Shown here: positions 1 through 8,684 of the stretch, one piece after another
How positions within the stretch are numbered: the first letter of the stretch is position 1
Layout of the letters: each line of letters opens with the position of its first letter
Source: Candidatus Hadarchaeota archaeon
Lineage (GTDB): Archaea; Hadarchaeota; Hadarchaeia; Hadarchaeales; JAGGTB01
Length of the DNA: 64,000 bases
Assembly: GCA_964384105.1 (NCBI GenBank)
Contig: CAYLJV010000001.1
Span: 544,001-608,000, forward strand
Direction: 5' to 3'
The notes under the pieces: model-generated
What the model was told of the DNA's origin: nothing
The model's input: the letters and a program-made list of their open reading frames with translations, nothing else
Database searches by the model: none
Position numbers and translations under genes: made by a program

Positions 1-249
1 ATTAGGTGGCTGAAAGAAGCAGATGAGCGAGTAAATATTTTCATTCTCATTGCAAGAAAAGGTCCACTGAAAATAAGAGAACTAAAGAAATCATCTAAGT
101 CTGAGGATTGGTGGCCTGTAAAATACAATGTAAATGAGCTAATTGATAGAGAGCTGATAGAGCAGGTTGAGGAAGGTTATAGTATAACGGAATCAGGTAG
201 AAAGGTAGTCGAATCTTTAAAAACTGTCTATGATATTGAATCAGTCTAA
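1..249 (+). CDS. Winged-helix protein, 3' part (truncated by window start)
   Basis: Own translation of frame 1: IRWLKEADERVNIFILIARKGPLKIRELKK...VNELIDRELIEQVEEGYSITESGRKVVESL*; wHTH wing motif YxIT.xG. Confidence 0.7.
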   Translation: MRWLKEADERVNIFILIARKGPLKIRELKKSSKSEDWWPVKYNVNELIDRELIEQVEEGYSITESGRKVVESLKTVYDIESV

Positions 250-473
250 CTGGTTATAGCCCGAATGTTTCCGCCTTTTACTATAATTAATTCGTGATTT
301 TTCACTTGATCGTTTTCTTTGTATTCTTTGGCCTTTTTTAGTACAAGATTCATGTAGTCATCGTACTCATCAAGAATACCTTCAATTTTTTGGCCACCCT
401 TTAGGTTTACAGTAATCTTTTCTCCTACCAGGTTTCCTAAATTGATGGAATTGCTATTTGACATGTGTACCAT
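246..473 (-). CDS. Sm-like archaeal protein (LSm/SmAP)
   Basis: Sm1 motif GILDEYDDYMNLVL and Sm2-like IIVKGGNI. Confidence 0.9.
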   Translation of the reverse strand: MVHMSNSNSINLGNLVGEKITVNLKGGQKIEGILDEYDDYMNLVLKKAKEYKENDQVKNHELIIVKGGNIRAITS

Positions 474-510
474 GCTCCTTTCTCTCTTTTTATATTGGTA
501 ATGTTGTTTT

Positions 511-535
511 TAAATCCTAATTAGTTTAGGATTTA
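511..535. promoter_or_regulatory. Perfect 10-5-10 inverted repeat between the divergent lsm and radA promoters
   Basis: TAAATCCTAA-ttagt-TTAGGATTTA. Confidence 0.55.
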
Positions 536-537
536 TT

Positions 538-562
538 TTTACTTTCACCTACCCCCCACCCC
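538..562 (+). promoter_or_regulatory. Putative DNA-repair regulon motif upstream of the radA TATA box
   Basis: TTTACTTTCACCTACCCC (538-555) is identical to 62924-62941 upstream of nurA; TTTAAAAA follows at 571. Confidence 0.65.
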
Positions 563-610
563 AAAATCGGTTTAAAAATAAGAATAGGAATTGTTCCTGG
601 AGGTGAAACA

Positions 611-1543
611 TTGACCGAGCTTGAAGATTTACCAGGAGTCGGGCCTTCTATTTCAGAGAGGCTATGCGAGGCAGGTTTTGATACAATAGAGAGTATTGCC
701 ACAGAAACCGCGCCAGAATTAAGTTCTGCTGCAGATATCGGAGAAAAAAGTGCTCTAAAGATCATTCGTGCAGCCAGGGAAGCTGCCGACATGGGATTTG
801 AACGAGCTAGGGATGTTATGACCAGAAGAGAAAATGTTGCTAGGATATCTACGGGATGTGAAGATCTCGATAGAATATTAGGAGGAGGAGTTGAGACCCA
901 GTCTATTACTGAATTTTTTGGAGAATTTGGTTGTGGTAAGACGCAAATTGCTCACCAAATTTCTGTTGATGCACAGCTTTCTTCCGAGGAAGGTGGAGTT
1001 GAAGGTGAGGTAGTGTATATAGACACTGAAAATACTTTCAGGCCAGAGAGGATAATAGAAATGGCAGAGGATAAAGGACTGGATCCTGACCAAGCGTTAG
1101 AAAACATTTTCGTTGCTAGAGCTACTACTACGGACCACCAGATGCTTTTGGCTGAAAAAGCAGGAAAAATGGCACAAGAAGATAATATAAGACTTCTTAT
1201 TGTCGATGCGCTAATGTCTTTGTTTAGAACAGAATTCGTTGGTAGAGGTGCTCTTGCGGAAAGACAGCAAAAATTAGGAAAACACCTGGCAGCTCTTAGG
1301 AAAATTTCCGAAGAGCATAACATAGCTGTTTTTGTGACGAATCATGTTCAATCGAATCCTAATTCCTTCTTTGGTGATCCTACTAAGCCAATAGGTGGGC
1401 ATGTTTTGGCACATGCTGCTACTTGCCGGATTTACATTAAGAAGAGTAGGCAAAATACGCGAGAAGCCCGTCTTGTCGACCATCCAGCGCTTCCTCCGGA
1501 ATCAGCTAAATTCCGAATAGAAAAAGTGGGGATTAGATCCTAG
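611..1543 (+). CDS. radA: DNA repair and recombination protein RadA
   Basis: N-terminal HhH (LEDLPGVG), Walker A GEFGCGKT, YIDTENTFRPER, GRGALAERQQKL; SD GGAGGTG before TTG. Confidence 0.97.
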   Translation: MTELEDLPGVGPSISERLCEAGFDTIESIATETAPELSSAADIGEKSALKIIRAAREAADMGFERARDVMTRRENVARISTGCEDLDRILGGGVETQSITEFFGEFGCGKTQIAHQISVDAQLSSEEGGVEGEVVYIDTENTFRPERIIEMAEDKGLDPDQALENIFVARATTTDHQMLLAEKAGKMAQEDNIRLLIVDALMSLFRTEFVGRGALAERQQKLGKHLAALRKISEEHNIAVFVTNHVQSNPNSFFGDPTKPIGGHVLAHAATCRIYIKKSRQNTREARLVDHPALPPESAKFRIEKVGIRS

Positions 1544-1554
1544 GAGGTTTGAAT

Positions 1555-1683
1555 ATGCCAAATGCAAGTGCAAAAGGAGTTATGACCTATCTTCGCCTAA
1601 AGGGCTTAAAGAAAGCTAAGGACATTCAAAAGGTTAGAGTAGAGGAGTGGTTGAACGACAACGTAGAGAGAGTCTCCTTTTAG
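1555..1683 (+). CDS. 42-aa small protein directly downstream of radA (not in ORF track)
   Basis: MPNASAKGVMTYLRLKGLKKAKDIQKVRVEEWLNDNVERVSF*; SD GGAGG abuts the radA stop; T-rich terminator-like tract follows. Confidence 0.6.
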   Translation: MPNASAKGVMTYLRLKGLKKAKDIQKVRVEEWLNDNVERVSF

Positions 1684-1738
1684 GAAAAACGCCTTCTCCC
1701 CTATTTTTTTATTCTTTATTTCTAAAGCTAGGTTTAAT

Positions 1739-1996
1739 TTAAGGGGAGTTTCTTGACATTTTTTCGTATTTCTCTTCTACTTCCTTACTAACTTTTACTT
1801 TCCACCGAAGTTTGCCGTCTCGTTCTATACTTTCTACATTTCCCTCTTCTTGTAGTCTGTATAGGTCCATTCTTAGATTTGGTATAGCTATGTCTGTTCT
1901 TTCAGACAAGTTATCGATGGTTAAGGGTCTCCCAGCATCCCGGAGCTCCTCGATAATTTTACTTTTTTTCATTCTTATCCACCTCTTTCTTAACAA
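1739..1996 (-). CDS. Small winged-helix DNA-binding protein
   Basis: LTIDNLSERTDIAIPNLRMDLYRLQEEGNV HTH pattern; probable start at MKKSK (1972). Confidence 0.75.
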   Translation of the reverse strand: MLRKRWIRMKKSKIIEELRDAGRPLTIDNLSERTDIAIPNLRMDLYRLQEEGNVESIERDGKLRWKVKVSKEVEEKYEKMSRNSP

Positions 1997-2139
1997 TTAT
2001 TCTCGGCTTACCATTTGAGTTTGACCTTATCGTTTCAATTTTTATCTAAGTCAATGTTAGTAGAAGTTAATAACCCTAATTTTTATGAGATGAGTTTATT
2101 TTAATGATTAGTGATTACTAATGGGTATAGGTGATTTAG

Positions 2140-2397
2140 ATGAGTTCACAAGAAGAAAAACTACAACAGGTTGCAGAGATAATGGAACGCGTTTCAGAAG
2201 ATATGTCAGTCCCTCGCAATATTAGACGGGCTGCTAAAGAAGCCAAAGAATCTCTCTTAGAAGGAGATGATCCGATAGTTAGCGCTTCTTCTGCGATTTC
2301 TGTTTTGGATGAAATAAGTAATGATCCGAATATGCCGGTTCATACGAGGACTACAATCTGGAATGCATTGAGTGTTCTGGAAACTGTAAGGGAGTAG
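2140..2397 (+). CDS. UPF0147 family protein
   Basis: [12 protein letters not shown]...[15 protein letters not shown] signature. Confidence 0.93.
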   Translation: MSSQEEKLQQVAEIMERVSEDMSVPRNIRRAAKEAKESLLEGDDPIVSASSAISVLDEISNDPNMPVHTRTTIWNALSVLETVRE

Positions 2398-2413
2398 TCC
2401 ATTCCACGAGGTT

Positions 2414-2758
2414 TTGATCATGAAAAGAGGTTTAAAATCATTTGCAAGAGCTGTTAGAAATCGAGATAAAAGCGAAGCAGATGAACTGATAGAAAAAATT
2501 GTGCAGGGAAGTCTTGATGACGCGGTTTGGGAAGGATATGAGAGGGCATTGAACGGAATGAGTGAAGCTTTGGATTCAGATGATGGTCTAAGATTGGTTA
2601 ATCAAATTGCTGAGGAAAAGTTTTCCTTAAAGAGACTTGAAAAAATCAGAGAAGAGATGGAAGAAAGAGCTTCTCAAGAGTTTAGACCTAAAGATGAGCG
2701 AGGGTACAACAAAGCATGGTCTGATGTACTTAAAGTGATGATCGAAGACGCAAAATAG
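2414..2758 (+). CDS. Hypothetical helical protein
   Basis: 114-aa ORF co-oriented with UPF0147, genome-like composition. Confidence 0.7.
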   Translation: MIMKRGLKSFARAVRNRDKSEADELIEKIVQGSLDDAVWEGYERALNGMSEALDSDDGLRLVNQIAEEKFSLKRLEKIREEMEERASQEFRPKDERGYNKAWSDVLKVMIEDAK

Positions 2759-2773
2759 AGATTTTGTCTGATT

Positions 2774-3361
2774 TTATTCGACTGTAGCATGTTGTTTACT
2801 AAGATCCTCTTCTTTTTTTCCTAATTCTTTCATTAGACTTGCTATAATACCGTCCATGAAAATAAGAGCGGATACCTCAAACAGAGTACCTAAAGGGGTC
2901 AGGGATTCGTATTCCCCGGTTATCTGCCTTCCAGTATAGCTTTTTTTCTCCGCTGTTTTGATTCTTCCGGGTATTTTCACTGCTAAATCAGCTAGCTGTC
3001 CAAGAGTTGAATCCTCATACGAGGTTATCACGACTATCTTGGCTCCTATTTCTTTTGCATCTTTTGCTGCACTCACAACTCTAGCTGTTTCTCCAGATCC
3101 AGAGACCCCCAAAAACAGATCTCCTTCTTTCAGTCTGGGAGTAACGGTTTCTCCAATAACGTGAACGTGTACGTTAAGATGCATTAGTCGCATTGCAAAG
3201 GCGCGGGCTATTAGTCCTGAGCGTCCTGCACCGGTTACAAAGACTTGCTTAGAATTCAAGAGAGTTCTCACAAATCGGTTTACTTCCTCTTCTTTCAGTG
3301 TTTTTGAAACATTTTTCGTATGTTCGGTGATTATTTTCATTGCTTTATTTACTTCTTCCAT
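2774..3361 (-). CDS. hxlB: 6-phospho-3-hexuloisomerase (SIS domain, RuMP pathway)
   Basis: GAGRSG, AFAMRLMHL, SGSGET, PLGTLFE, terminal HATVE. Confidence 0.92.
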   Translation of the reverse strand: MEEVNKAMKIITEHTKNVSKTLKEEEVNRFVRTLLNSKQVFVTGAGRSGLIARAFAMRLMHLNVHVHVIGETVTPRLKEGDLFLGVSGSGETARVVSAAKDAKEIGAKIVVITSYEDSTLGQLADLAVKIPGRIKTAEKKSYTGRQITGEYESLTPLGTLFEVSALIFMDGIIASLMKELGKKEEDLSKQHATVE

Positions 3362-3525
3362 TTAATCATCTCTTTTTTGGAGACTTCGGTTTAACTGTTT
3401 TTTGTTAAATCCGGCTTTAGGATAGTATATGTTTTTATTTATAGAATTGTATTTAAAATGAAATTGAAAATACTTATGCGTGTGAGCTATTTACTATTGG
3501 AAGAAGCTGAGCGGAGGTAAATCTA

Positions 3526-4971
3526 TTGTTTCACTTACTGGGTTTGACACTACTTATAGTAAGTGGAGTTATGGTCGTTCCCATACCCGTGGCTTTTATT
3601 TTCAATGAACTAAGTGTTATTCCTTCTTTTGCTGTTCCAGCGGCTATAGCAGCTCTTATTGGATTTTTTCTGTGGAAAAAATTTGAGCTTGGTGGTTTAA
3701 ATTATGGAAAGGCTATGGTCATAGCAGCGTCTGCTTGGCTTATAATTTCCTTTTTTGGTTCTATTCCGTTTTTTATGAGCGCCGGTTTAGACCCTATCAG
3801 TGCTTACTTTGAGAGCATGTCAGGATTTACCACAACAGGATTGACTATGTTCGAAATGAGTGGGCCTGGAATGATTTCGGCCCCTAATACAATTCTGTTT
3901 TGGAGGAGTTTGACACAGTGGGTTGGAGGTATTGGTATAATGGTCCTTTTCCTTTCATTAATAGTAGGTGCGGGAGGCGTAGCTAAGAGACTTTTTTCGG
4001 CGGAAGGTGGAGGTGGCCGCTATATTAAGGAAGACAAGGGTCCCGCAATGAGTCTATTGAATATCACGAGGTCTGTATGGAAAATTTATGTTTTTCTTAC
4101 TCTTGCGTCGATAGTATTGTTTTACCTTTTGGATATGCCTCTATTTGAGTCAATAAATCACTCAATGACCGCTTTAGCAACGGGGGGTTTTTCTGTTACT
4201 TCCGATAGCTTTGTTTCCTATTCGGCACCAATTCTCATTGCTACTTTGTTCCCCATGATATTGGGAGCAACGAACTTTATAGTCCATATTAGAGTTTTCA
4301 AGGGTGATTGGAAGGCTTTTTTCAAAAATACGGAATTTAAATTGCTTTTATTCCTTATTGGTGTATCTACATTTATTTTAGCTTGGACTACAGGGGTTGT
4401 GGATGGGATATTCTCTGCAGTAACGGCCTCTACCACGGTTGGGTTCTCTAGTGTAGGCCAGGCGGGTATTGTAAATGGGCCGGGATGGGGCCCCTTGCAG
4501 AAGAGCATTATCGTCGTTCTCATGGTTATCGGTGGTGGTTTTGGTTCAACTGCGGGTGCTATAAAGCTTATTAGGACAGTTGTCTTGATATTGGCACTCT
4601 ACTGGTTAGTGAAGAAAGCTATATTGCCCGATAGGGCTGTGGTTCCTTTTAAGCTAGGAAATCGAGTTTTCTCAAACGAAGAGATTTTACAGACCGCTGT
4701 TTTCGTTTTCGCTTATATCTTATTGCTTGTATTAGGGTCTCTGATAACTATGGCCGCTTTGCCTAATGAAAGTGCCATTAATTGTATCTTTGATTCAGCT
4801 TCTGCTCAAGGTACTGTGGGTTTATCCGCTGGAATAACTGGGATTGGGATGCCAGTGGTAGTAAAAATCACATATATAATTCAAATGTGGATAGGTCGTT
4901 TGGAGGTTATACCGGTGATAACTTTAATTAGTTATTTTATCGGTAAGGTTGATCGTCGCGAGCCTTTTTAG
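3526..4971 (+). CDS. trkH: TrkH potassium uptake membrane protein
   Basis: FESMSGFTTTG, ATGGFS, TTVGFS, GTVGLS pore loops; MWIGRLE. Confidence 0.93.
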   Translation: MFHLLGLTLLIVSGVMVVPIPVAFIFNELSVIPSFAVPAAIAALIGFFLWKKFELGGLNYGKAMVIAASAWLIISFFGSIPFFMSAGLDPISAYFESMSGFTTTGLTMFEMSGPGMISAPNTILFWRSLTQWVGGIGIMVLFLSLIVGAGGVAKRLFSAEGGGGRYIKEDKGPAMSLLNITRSVWKIYVFLTLASIVLFYLLDMPLFESINHSMTALATGGFSVTSDSFVSYSAPILIATLFPMILGATNFIVHIRVFKGDWKAFFKNTEFKLLLFLIGVSTFILAWTTGVVDGIFSAVTASTTVGFSSVGQAGIVNGPGWGPLQKSIIVVLMVIGGGFGSTAGAIKLIRTVVLILALYWLVKKAILPDRAVVPFKLGNRVFSNEEILQTAVFVFAYILLLVLGSLITMAALPNESAINCIFDSASAQGTVGLSAGITGIGMPVVVKITYIIQMWIGRLEVIPVITLISYFIGKVDRREPF

Positions 4972-5527
4972 GTCTTCTTGTAAAAATAGAGTATTTATCT
5001 TCTCCCCTCAACTCTTTTTCTACTCTTTTTGCTAGCATCTCCTTTGGATTTGGCAGTGATTTTACTCTCTTCTTAAGGTCTTCAAAACTATCAAACTTTT
5101 TCTTTTCTCTCTCTTCTATTATTGCCCACATCAACTTCTTGCCGATTCCTGGGATCAGTTCGAATTGATGGTATCTACTGGAAATCGGCGAGGCCTCGTT
5201 GAAAAATTTAAGAAACGTTTCCTCGTCCTTTTCTATTATCTCTTTTATCGCGATGGGAAGCTCGGCTTTTGCAGCGGAAGTTAGTTTATCGTAGACTATT
5301 CTATTTTTCACTCTTTCGATTTCTTCTCTTCCCTTTCTGCCTATGTAAACGTGGTCATGAGGAGAAAGTTTAGTTCCTTCTCTTGGGACGGTTTCTAATA
5401 GAGTGAAGTATTTTTCTCCGATGATTTGAGCTATTGGCTCTCTGTATTGAGCAGGTTTCCTGTCTTCCGGGTGACCTTCCGGCAAAAAATCTAATACAAT
5501 CCCATAATCTTCGTATTTCTTAGTCAA
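4937..5527 (-). CDS. DUF655 family putative RNA-binding protein
   Basis: VLDFLPEGH, AQIIGEKYFTLLE, LIPGIGKK; conserved position after rpoF. Confidence 0.9.
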   Translation of the reverse strand: MTKKYEDYGIVLDFLPEGHPEDRKPAQYREPIAQIIGEKYFTLLETVPREGTKLSPHDHVYIGRKGREEIERVKNRIVYDKLTSAAKAELPIAIKEIIEKDEETFLKFFNEASPISSRYHQFELIPGIGKKLMWAIIEEREKKKFDSFEDLKKRVKSLPNPKEMLAKRVEKELRGEDKYSIFTRRPKKARDDQPYR

Positions 5528-5554
5528 AAATAGCCCCCTCCGTTGCTTAGTTAT

Positions 5555-5893
5555 TTATCCTCGGTACTTTTCAATTATTTCTAATATTTCCTCTATTGTT
5601 TTATCGTCAAGAGAAGTTCTTTCTTTTGCAAAGATTAAGCGAATGTCTTGGGGTGTTTCGGGCATATTATTTACAAGGATGATTGCTTGATGTTTCCTAA
5701 TCTTTTCAATTTCGAGTAGTTCTTCAGCCAATTTTTTCGCATCTTCTGCGGATAATTTCGAAAACTTTTGTACATAGTCATAAGACAGCCGTTGTTCGAA
5801 TTCTAGTTCTTCTTCTTTTTTCCTCTCTTCTAGTATTTCGAGAGTTTCCGAATATGTAATCGGTTCTTCTCCTAGGACTTTTTCCCCAATCAT
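5555..5893 (-). CDS. rpo4: RNA polymerase subunit Rpo4 (F)
   Basis: MIGEKVLGEEPIT...NNMPETPQDIRLIF; rpl21e-rpoF-DUF655 synteny. Confidence 0.92.
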   Translation of the reverse strand: MIGEKVLGEEPITYSETLEILEERKKEEELEFEQRLSYDYVQKFSKLSAEDAKKLAEELLEIEKIRKHQAIILVNNMPETPQDIRLIFAKERTSLDDKTIEEILEIIEKYRG

Positions 5894-6192
5894 TTTTCTA
5901 TCCTCACGAGATGTTCTGGTCTCGAGATGACCTCTTTACTTTTCCCCCCTTCTTTTATATTTATAACGTATGCCTGTCCCTGTTTTCTACTAATTGTACC
6001 CACATTTCCGTGGAATTTTGGGTGTGGTTGTCCGTCTGGAACGCTCGGATTTATTCTAATGGAAACTTTTTTGCCGTCTGAAAAATCCTGAGTTATGTTT
6101 TTTATAGGGGGTTTACCACGTTCTCTAACGTGTTTACGTAATTTTTGTCTTGTTTCGCTTCTTTTTCCTTTAGACTTTACCAATTGAAACAC
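5890..6192 (-). CDS. rpl21e: 50S ribosomal protein L21e
   Basis: SKGKRSETRQKLRK, PHPKFHG, RPEHL. Confidence 0.95.
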   Translation of the reverse strand: MFQLVKSKGKRSETRQKLRKHVRERGKPPIKNITQDFSDGKKVSIRINPSVPDGQPHPKFHGNVGTISRKQGQAYVINIKEGGKSKEVISRPEHLVRIEK

Positions 6193-6244
6193 ATCCTTAG
6201 TTTAGATTAAGTAAGAGCTAATGGTATTTATTCTTTTTAGGCTT

Positions 6245-7603
6245 CTAGCCTATATTTTTTGGCATATTTTTAAAGAATTTCCGTAATGCTCCTTTTTTTG
6301 GTGTGTGGCCCTTTGACAAGGATTTCATCATTTTTTTCATTTTTTTATACTGGCTTAGAAGTTCTTTAACTTCCTCTTTCGAGGTGTTTGATCCTTTCGC
6401 GATTCTTTCTATTCGGGAGTCCTTCAAAATTTTTGGTTTTTCGAGTTCTTCTTCAGTCATAGATTGCATTATAAGTTTAAATTTGTCCAACTTTTCTTTT
6501 CCTACTTTCATCTCCTCTTCTGGTATGGACATTCCGACTCCTGGAATCATCTGCAATATTTTTTCCAAGGATCCCATTTGGCTAACTTGTTCAAGCTGTT
6601 CGTAAAAATCCTTTAACGTTATCTTCCCTTGCATGATTTTTTGTATTTTTTCTGGTTCGAGATCTTCTTTTTTGGTGGTCTCCTGTATCTTTTCCAATAG
6701 AGTCTCTATGTCTCCCATTCCTAGGAGCCTTGAAACAAATCTTTCGGGTTTGAATGGTTCGATATCTGCTATTTTTTCTCCAGTGCCGATGAAATTGATT
6801 GGTGCACCTGTGGCGGCTACAGCCGATAGTGCACCCCCTCCTTTCGCAGTCCCATCGAGCTTAGTAACAAGTATGGATCCTATGTTAGTGGTTTCTTTAA
6901 ACGCCGAAGCTTGGCTTTCTGCTTGTTGACCTAATGTCCCGTCTATAACTAGTATTACTTCGTTCGGATCTACTTCTTTGCTTATTTCCTTCATTTCCTC
7001 CATGAGTGTCTCTTCTTCTCTATGGCGTCCCGCTGTGTCGATTAAGATAAGGTCCTTTGAGTCTTCTTCGAAGTGTTCGACTCCTTCTTTTGCGGCTTTT
7101 ACTGCATCTTTTTTGTCGGGATTACCGTATACTGGTACATCTATTTCTTCACCTAATTGTTTCAATTGTTCGTAGGCTCCTGGTCTGTAAGTATCTGACC
7201 AAACCAAGCCGGGTTTATAACCTCTCTTTTTATAGTAAGCAGCAAGTTTTGCACATGATGTGGTTTTTCCGCTACCTTGAAGTCCTATCATGAGTACTTT
7301 CGTGGGTTCTTCCTTCTCTAAATCAAGTTTTGTGCTCTTACCAAGAAAACTTGAAATTTCCTCATAGACTATCGTTACTATGTGCTCTTTTTTGGAGACA
7401 CCCGGAGGTAATTCTTCCTCTAGTGCTCTTTTTTCAATCCTTTTTGTGAGGTCTAGAACAAGTTGCACGTTGACATCTGATTGAAGCAACGCTTTTTGTA
7501 TTTCCTTAACTAGATTTTTCACTGCTTTTTTGTCCACTTGTCCGGATTTTGTTATATTTTGTAAGGCGGAGTGAAGTGATTTTCCTAGTTTTTCCAAAAC
7601 CAT
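6245..7603 (-). CDS. srp54: Signal recognition particle protein SRP54
   Basis: GLQGSGKTT, DTAGRH, TKLDGTAKGGG, Met-rich M domain. Confidence 0.97.
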   Translation of the reverse strand: MVLEKLGKSLHSALQNITKSGQVDKKAVKNLVKEIQKALLQSDVNVQLVLDLTKRIEKRALEEELPPGVSKKEHIVTIVYEEISSFLGKSTKLDLEKEEPTKVLMIGLQGSGKTTSCAKLAAYYKKRGYKPGLVWSDTYRPGAYEQLKQLGEEIDVPVYGNPDKKDAVKAAKEGVEHFEEDSKDLILIDTAGRHREEETLMEEMKEISKEVDPNEVILVIDGTLGQQAESQASAFKETTNIGSILVTKLDGTAKGGGALSAVAATGAPINFIGTGEKIADIEPFKPERFVSRLLGMGDIETLLEKIQETTKKEDLEPEKIQKIMQGKITLKDFYEQLEQVSQMGSLEKILQMIPGVGMSIPEEEMKVGKEKLDKFKLIMQSMTEEELEKPKILKDSRIERIAKGSNTSKEEVKELLSQYKKMKKMMKSLSKGHTPKKGALRKFFKNMPKNIG

Positions 7604-7688
7604 TGTTCTTCCCTTTACTTTGATATCTTTTATTTCTAAAAGCTAAGGAATTGAATTACGCTTTTTGCTAATATTGAACTGAAACTTC

Positions 7689-8543
7689 TTAAATTTCCTT
7701 TTTTCTAGTGAACGACTCAGGCATATTTTTGAACCACAGGTCTCTTTGTGGGAAGGGGATTGTTATCTCCTCTTCTGCAAATATTCTATCTATCTCGAAG
7801 TTTATTTCGCTCTTTGTTATTTTTCTATACTTTGGTGATTTTACCCAACATTTAAGTTCGAATTTTAGAGCTGAATCTCCAAATTCCGAGAAGAAGACCA
7901 CTGGTTCGGGAGTTTTTAATACATTTTTGTTTTTATCCGCAATATCTAATAGGATATCTTTAACTTTTTTAACATCACTTCCGTATTTAACCCCAATAGG
8001 AATTTCAATTCGGATTTTCGTGTCTTTATATGAGTAGTTTATGAAATCGTTTTCAACGAAGTTTCTATTTGGGATGATTACGTGTAGGTTATCAAAGGTT
8101 CTCATTGTGGATGCTCTGACTCCAGAGTCAATGATTTTTCCATATCTACTATTAATCTCAATCCAATCTCCTACTTGAACTGTTCGTTCTCCCATTAGGA
8201 TTAGCCCGGAAATAAAATTGGCTATGATGGGCTGGAGACCGAATCCTATTATAATACCAGCGATACCCGCTACTGCAATAAGCGCAGTGAGAGTTATTCC
8301 GAGTACGTTAAAAGCGGTCCAGACACCTATAAAAACTACCAAATAATGGATAATCCTCAGGACGGATACTCTGGCTTCTTTTTTGACTCCTTTTCTACCT
8401 AAAACAGAATCTAATGTCCTTACGATTACAAATTTTGAAAAAAGATAGGAAAATATGAGGACTAGTGCAAAGGTAATGAGTTTTAATAAGGTTACTTTGG
8501 TTCCTGCGATTGTAAATAACTCTATTGATAGAATATCTATCAT
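7689..8543 (-). CDS. mscS: Small-conductance mechanosensitive channel (MscS family)
   Basis: GIIIGFGLQPIIANFISG, IPNR, FGDSAL, IPFPQRD. Confidence 0.92.
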   Translation of the reverse strand: MIDILSIELFTIAGTKVTLLKLITFALVLIFSYLFSKFVIVRTLDSVLGRKGVKKEARVSVLRIIHYLVVFIGVWTAFNVLGITLTALIAVAGIAGIIIGFGLQPIIANFISGLILMGERTVQVGDWIEINSRYGKIIDSGVRASTMRTFDNLHVIIPNRNFVENDFINYSYKDTKIRIEIPIGVKYGSDVKKVKDILLDIADKNKNVLKTPEPVVFFSEFGDSALKFELKCWVKSPKYRKITKSEINFEIDRIFAEEEITIPFPQRDLWFKNMPESFTRKKEI

Positions 8544-8684
8544 TATTCTGTAACCTTTACCCTTCAGTGTATTTTATTTTTGTTGGAATATAGATAAATT
8601 TTACAGTTTTCTTCAAAATCTTAAGACTATCGCGTTAGTTAGATATTAACAAGAAGAATTTGGATAGATAAATCGAGGAAAATT

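Noticed and set aside
611-1543. Intein or frameshift in radA (cdc48 and polX also checked)
   Set aside because: Lengths and motif spacing are normal.
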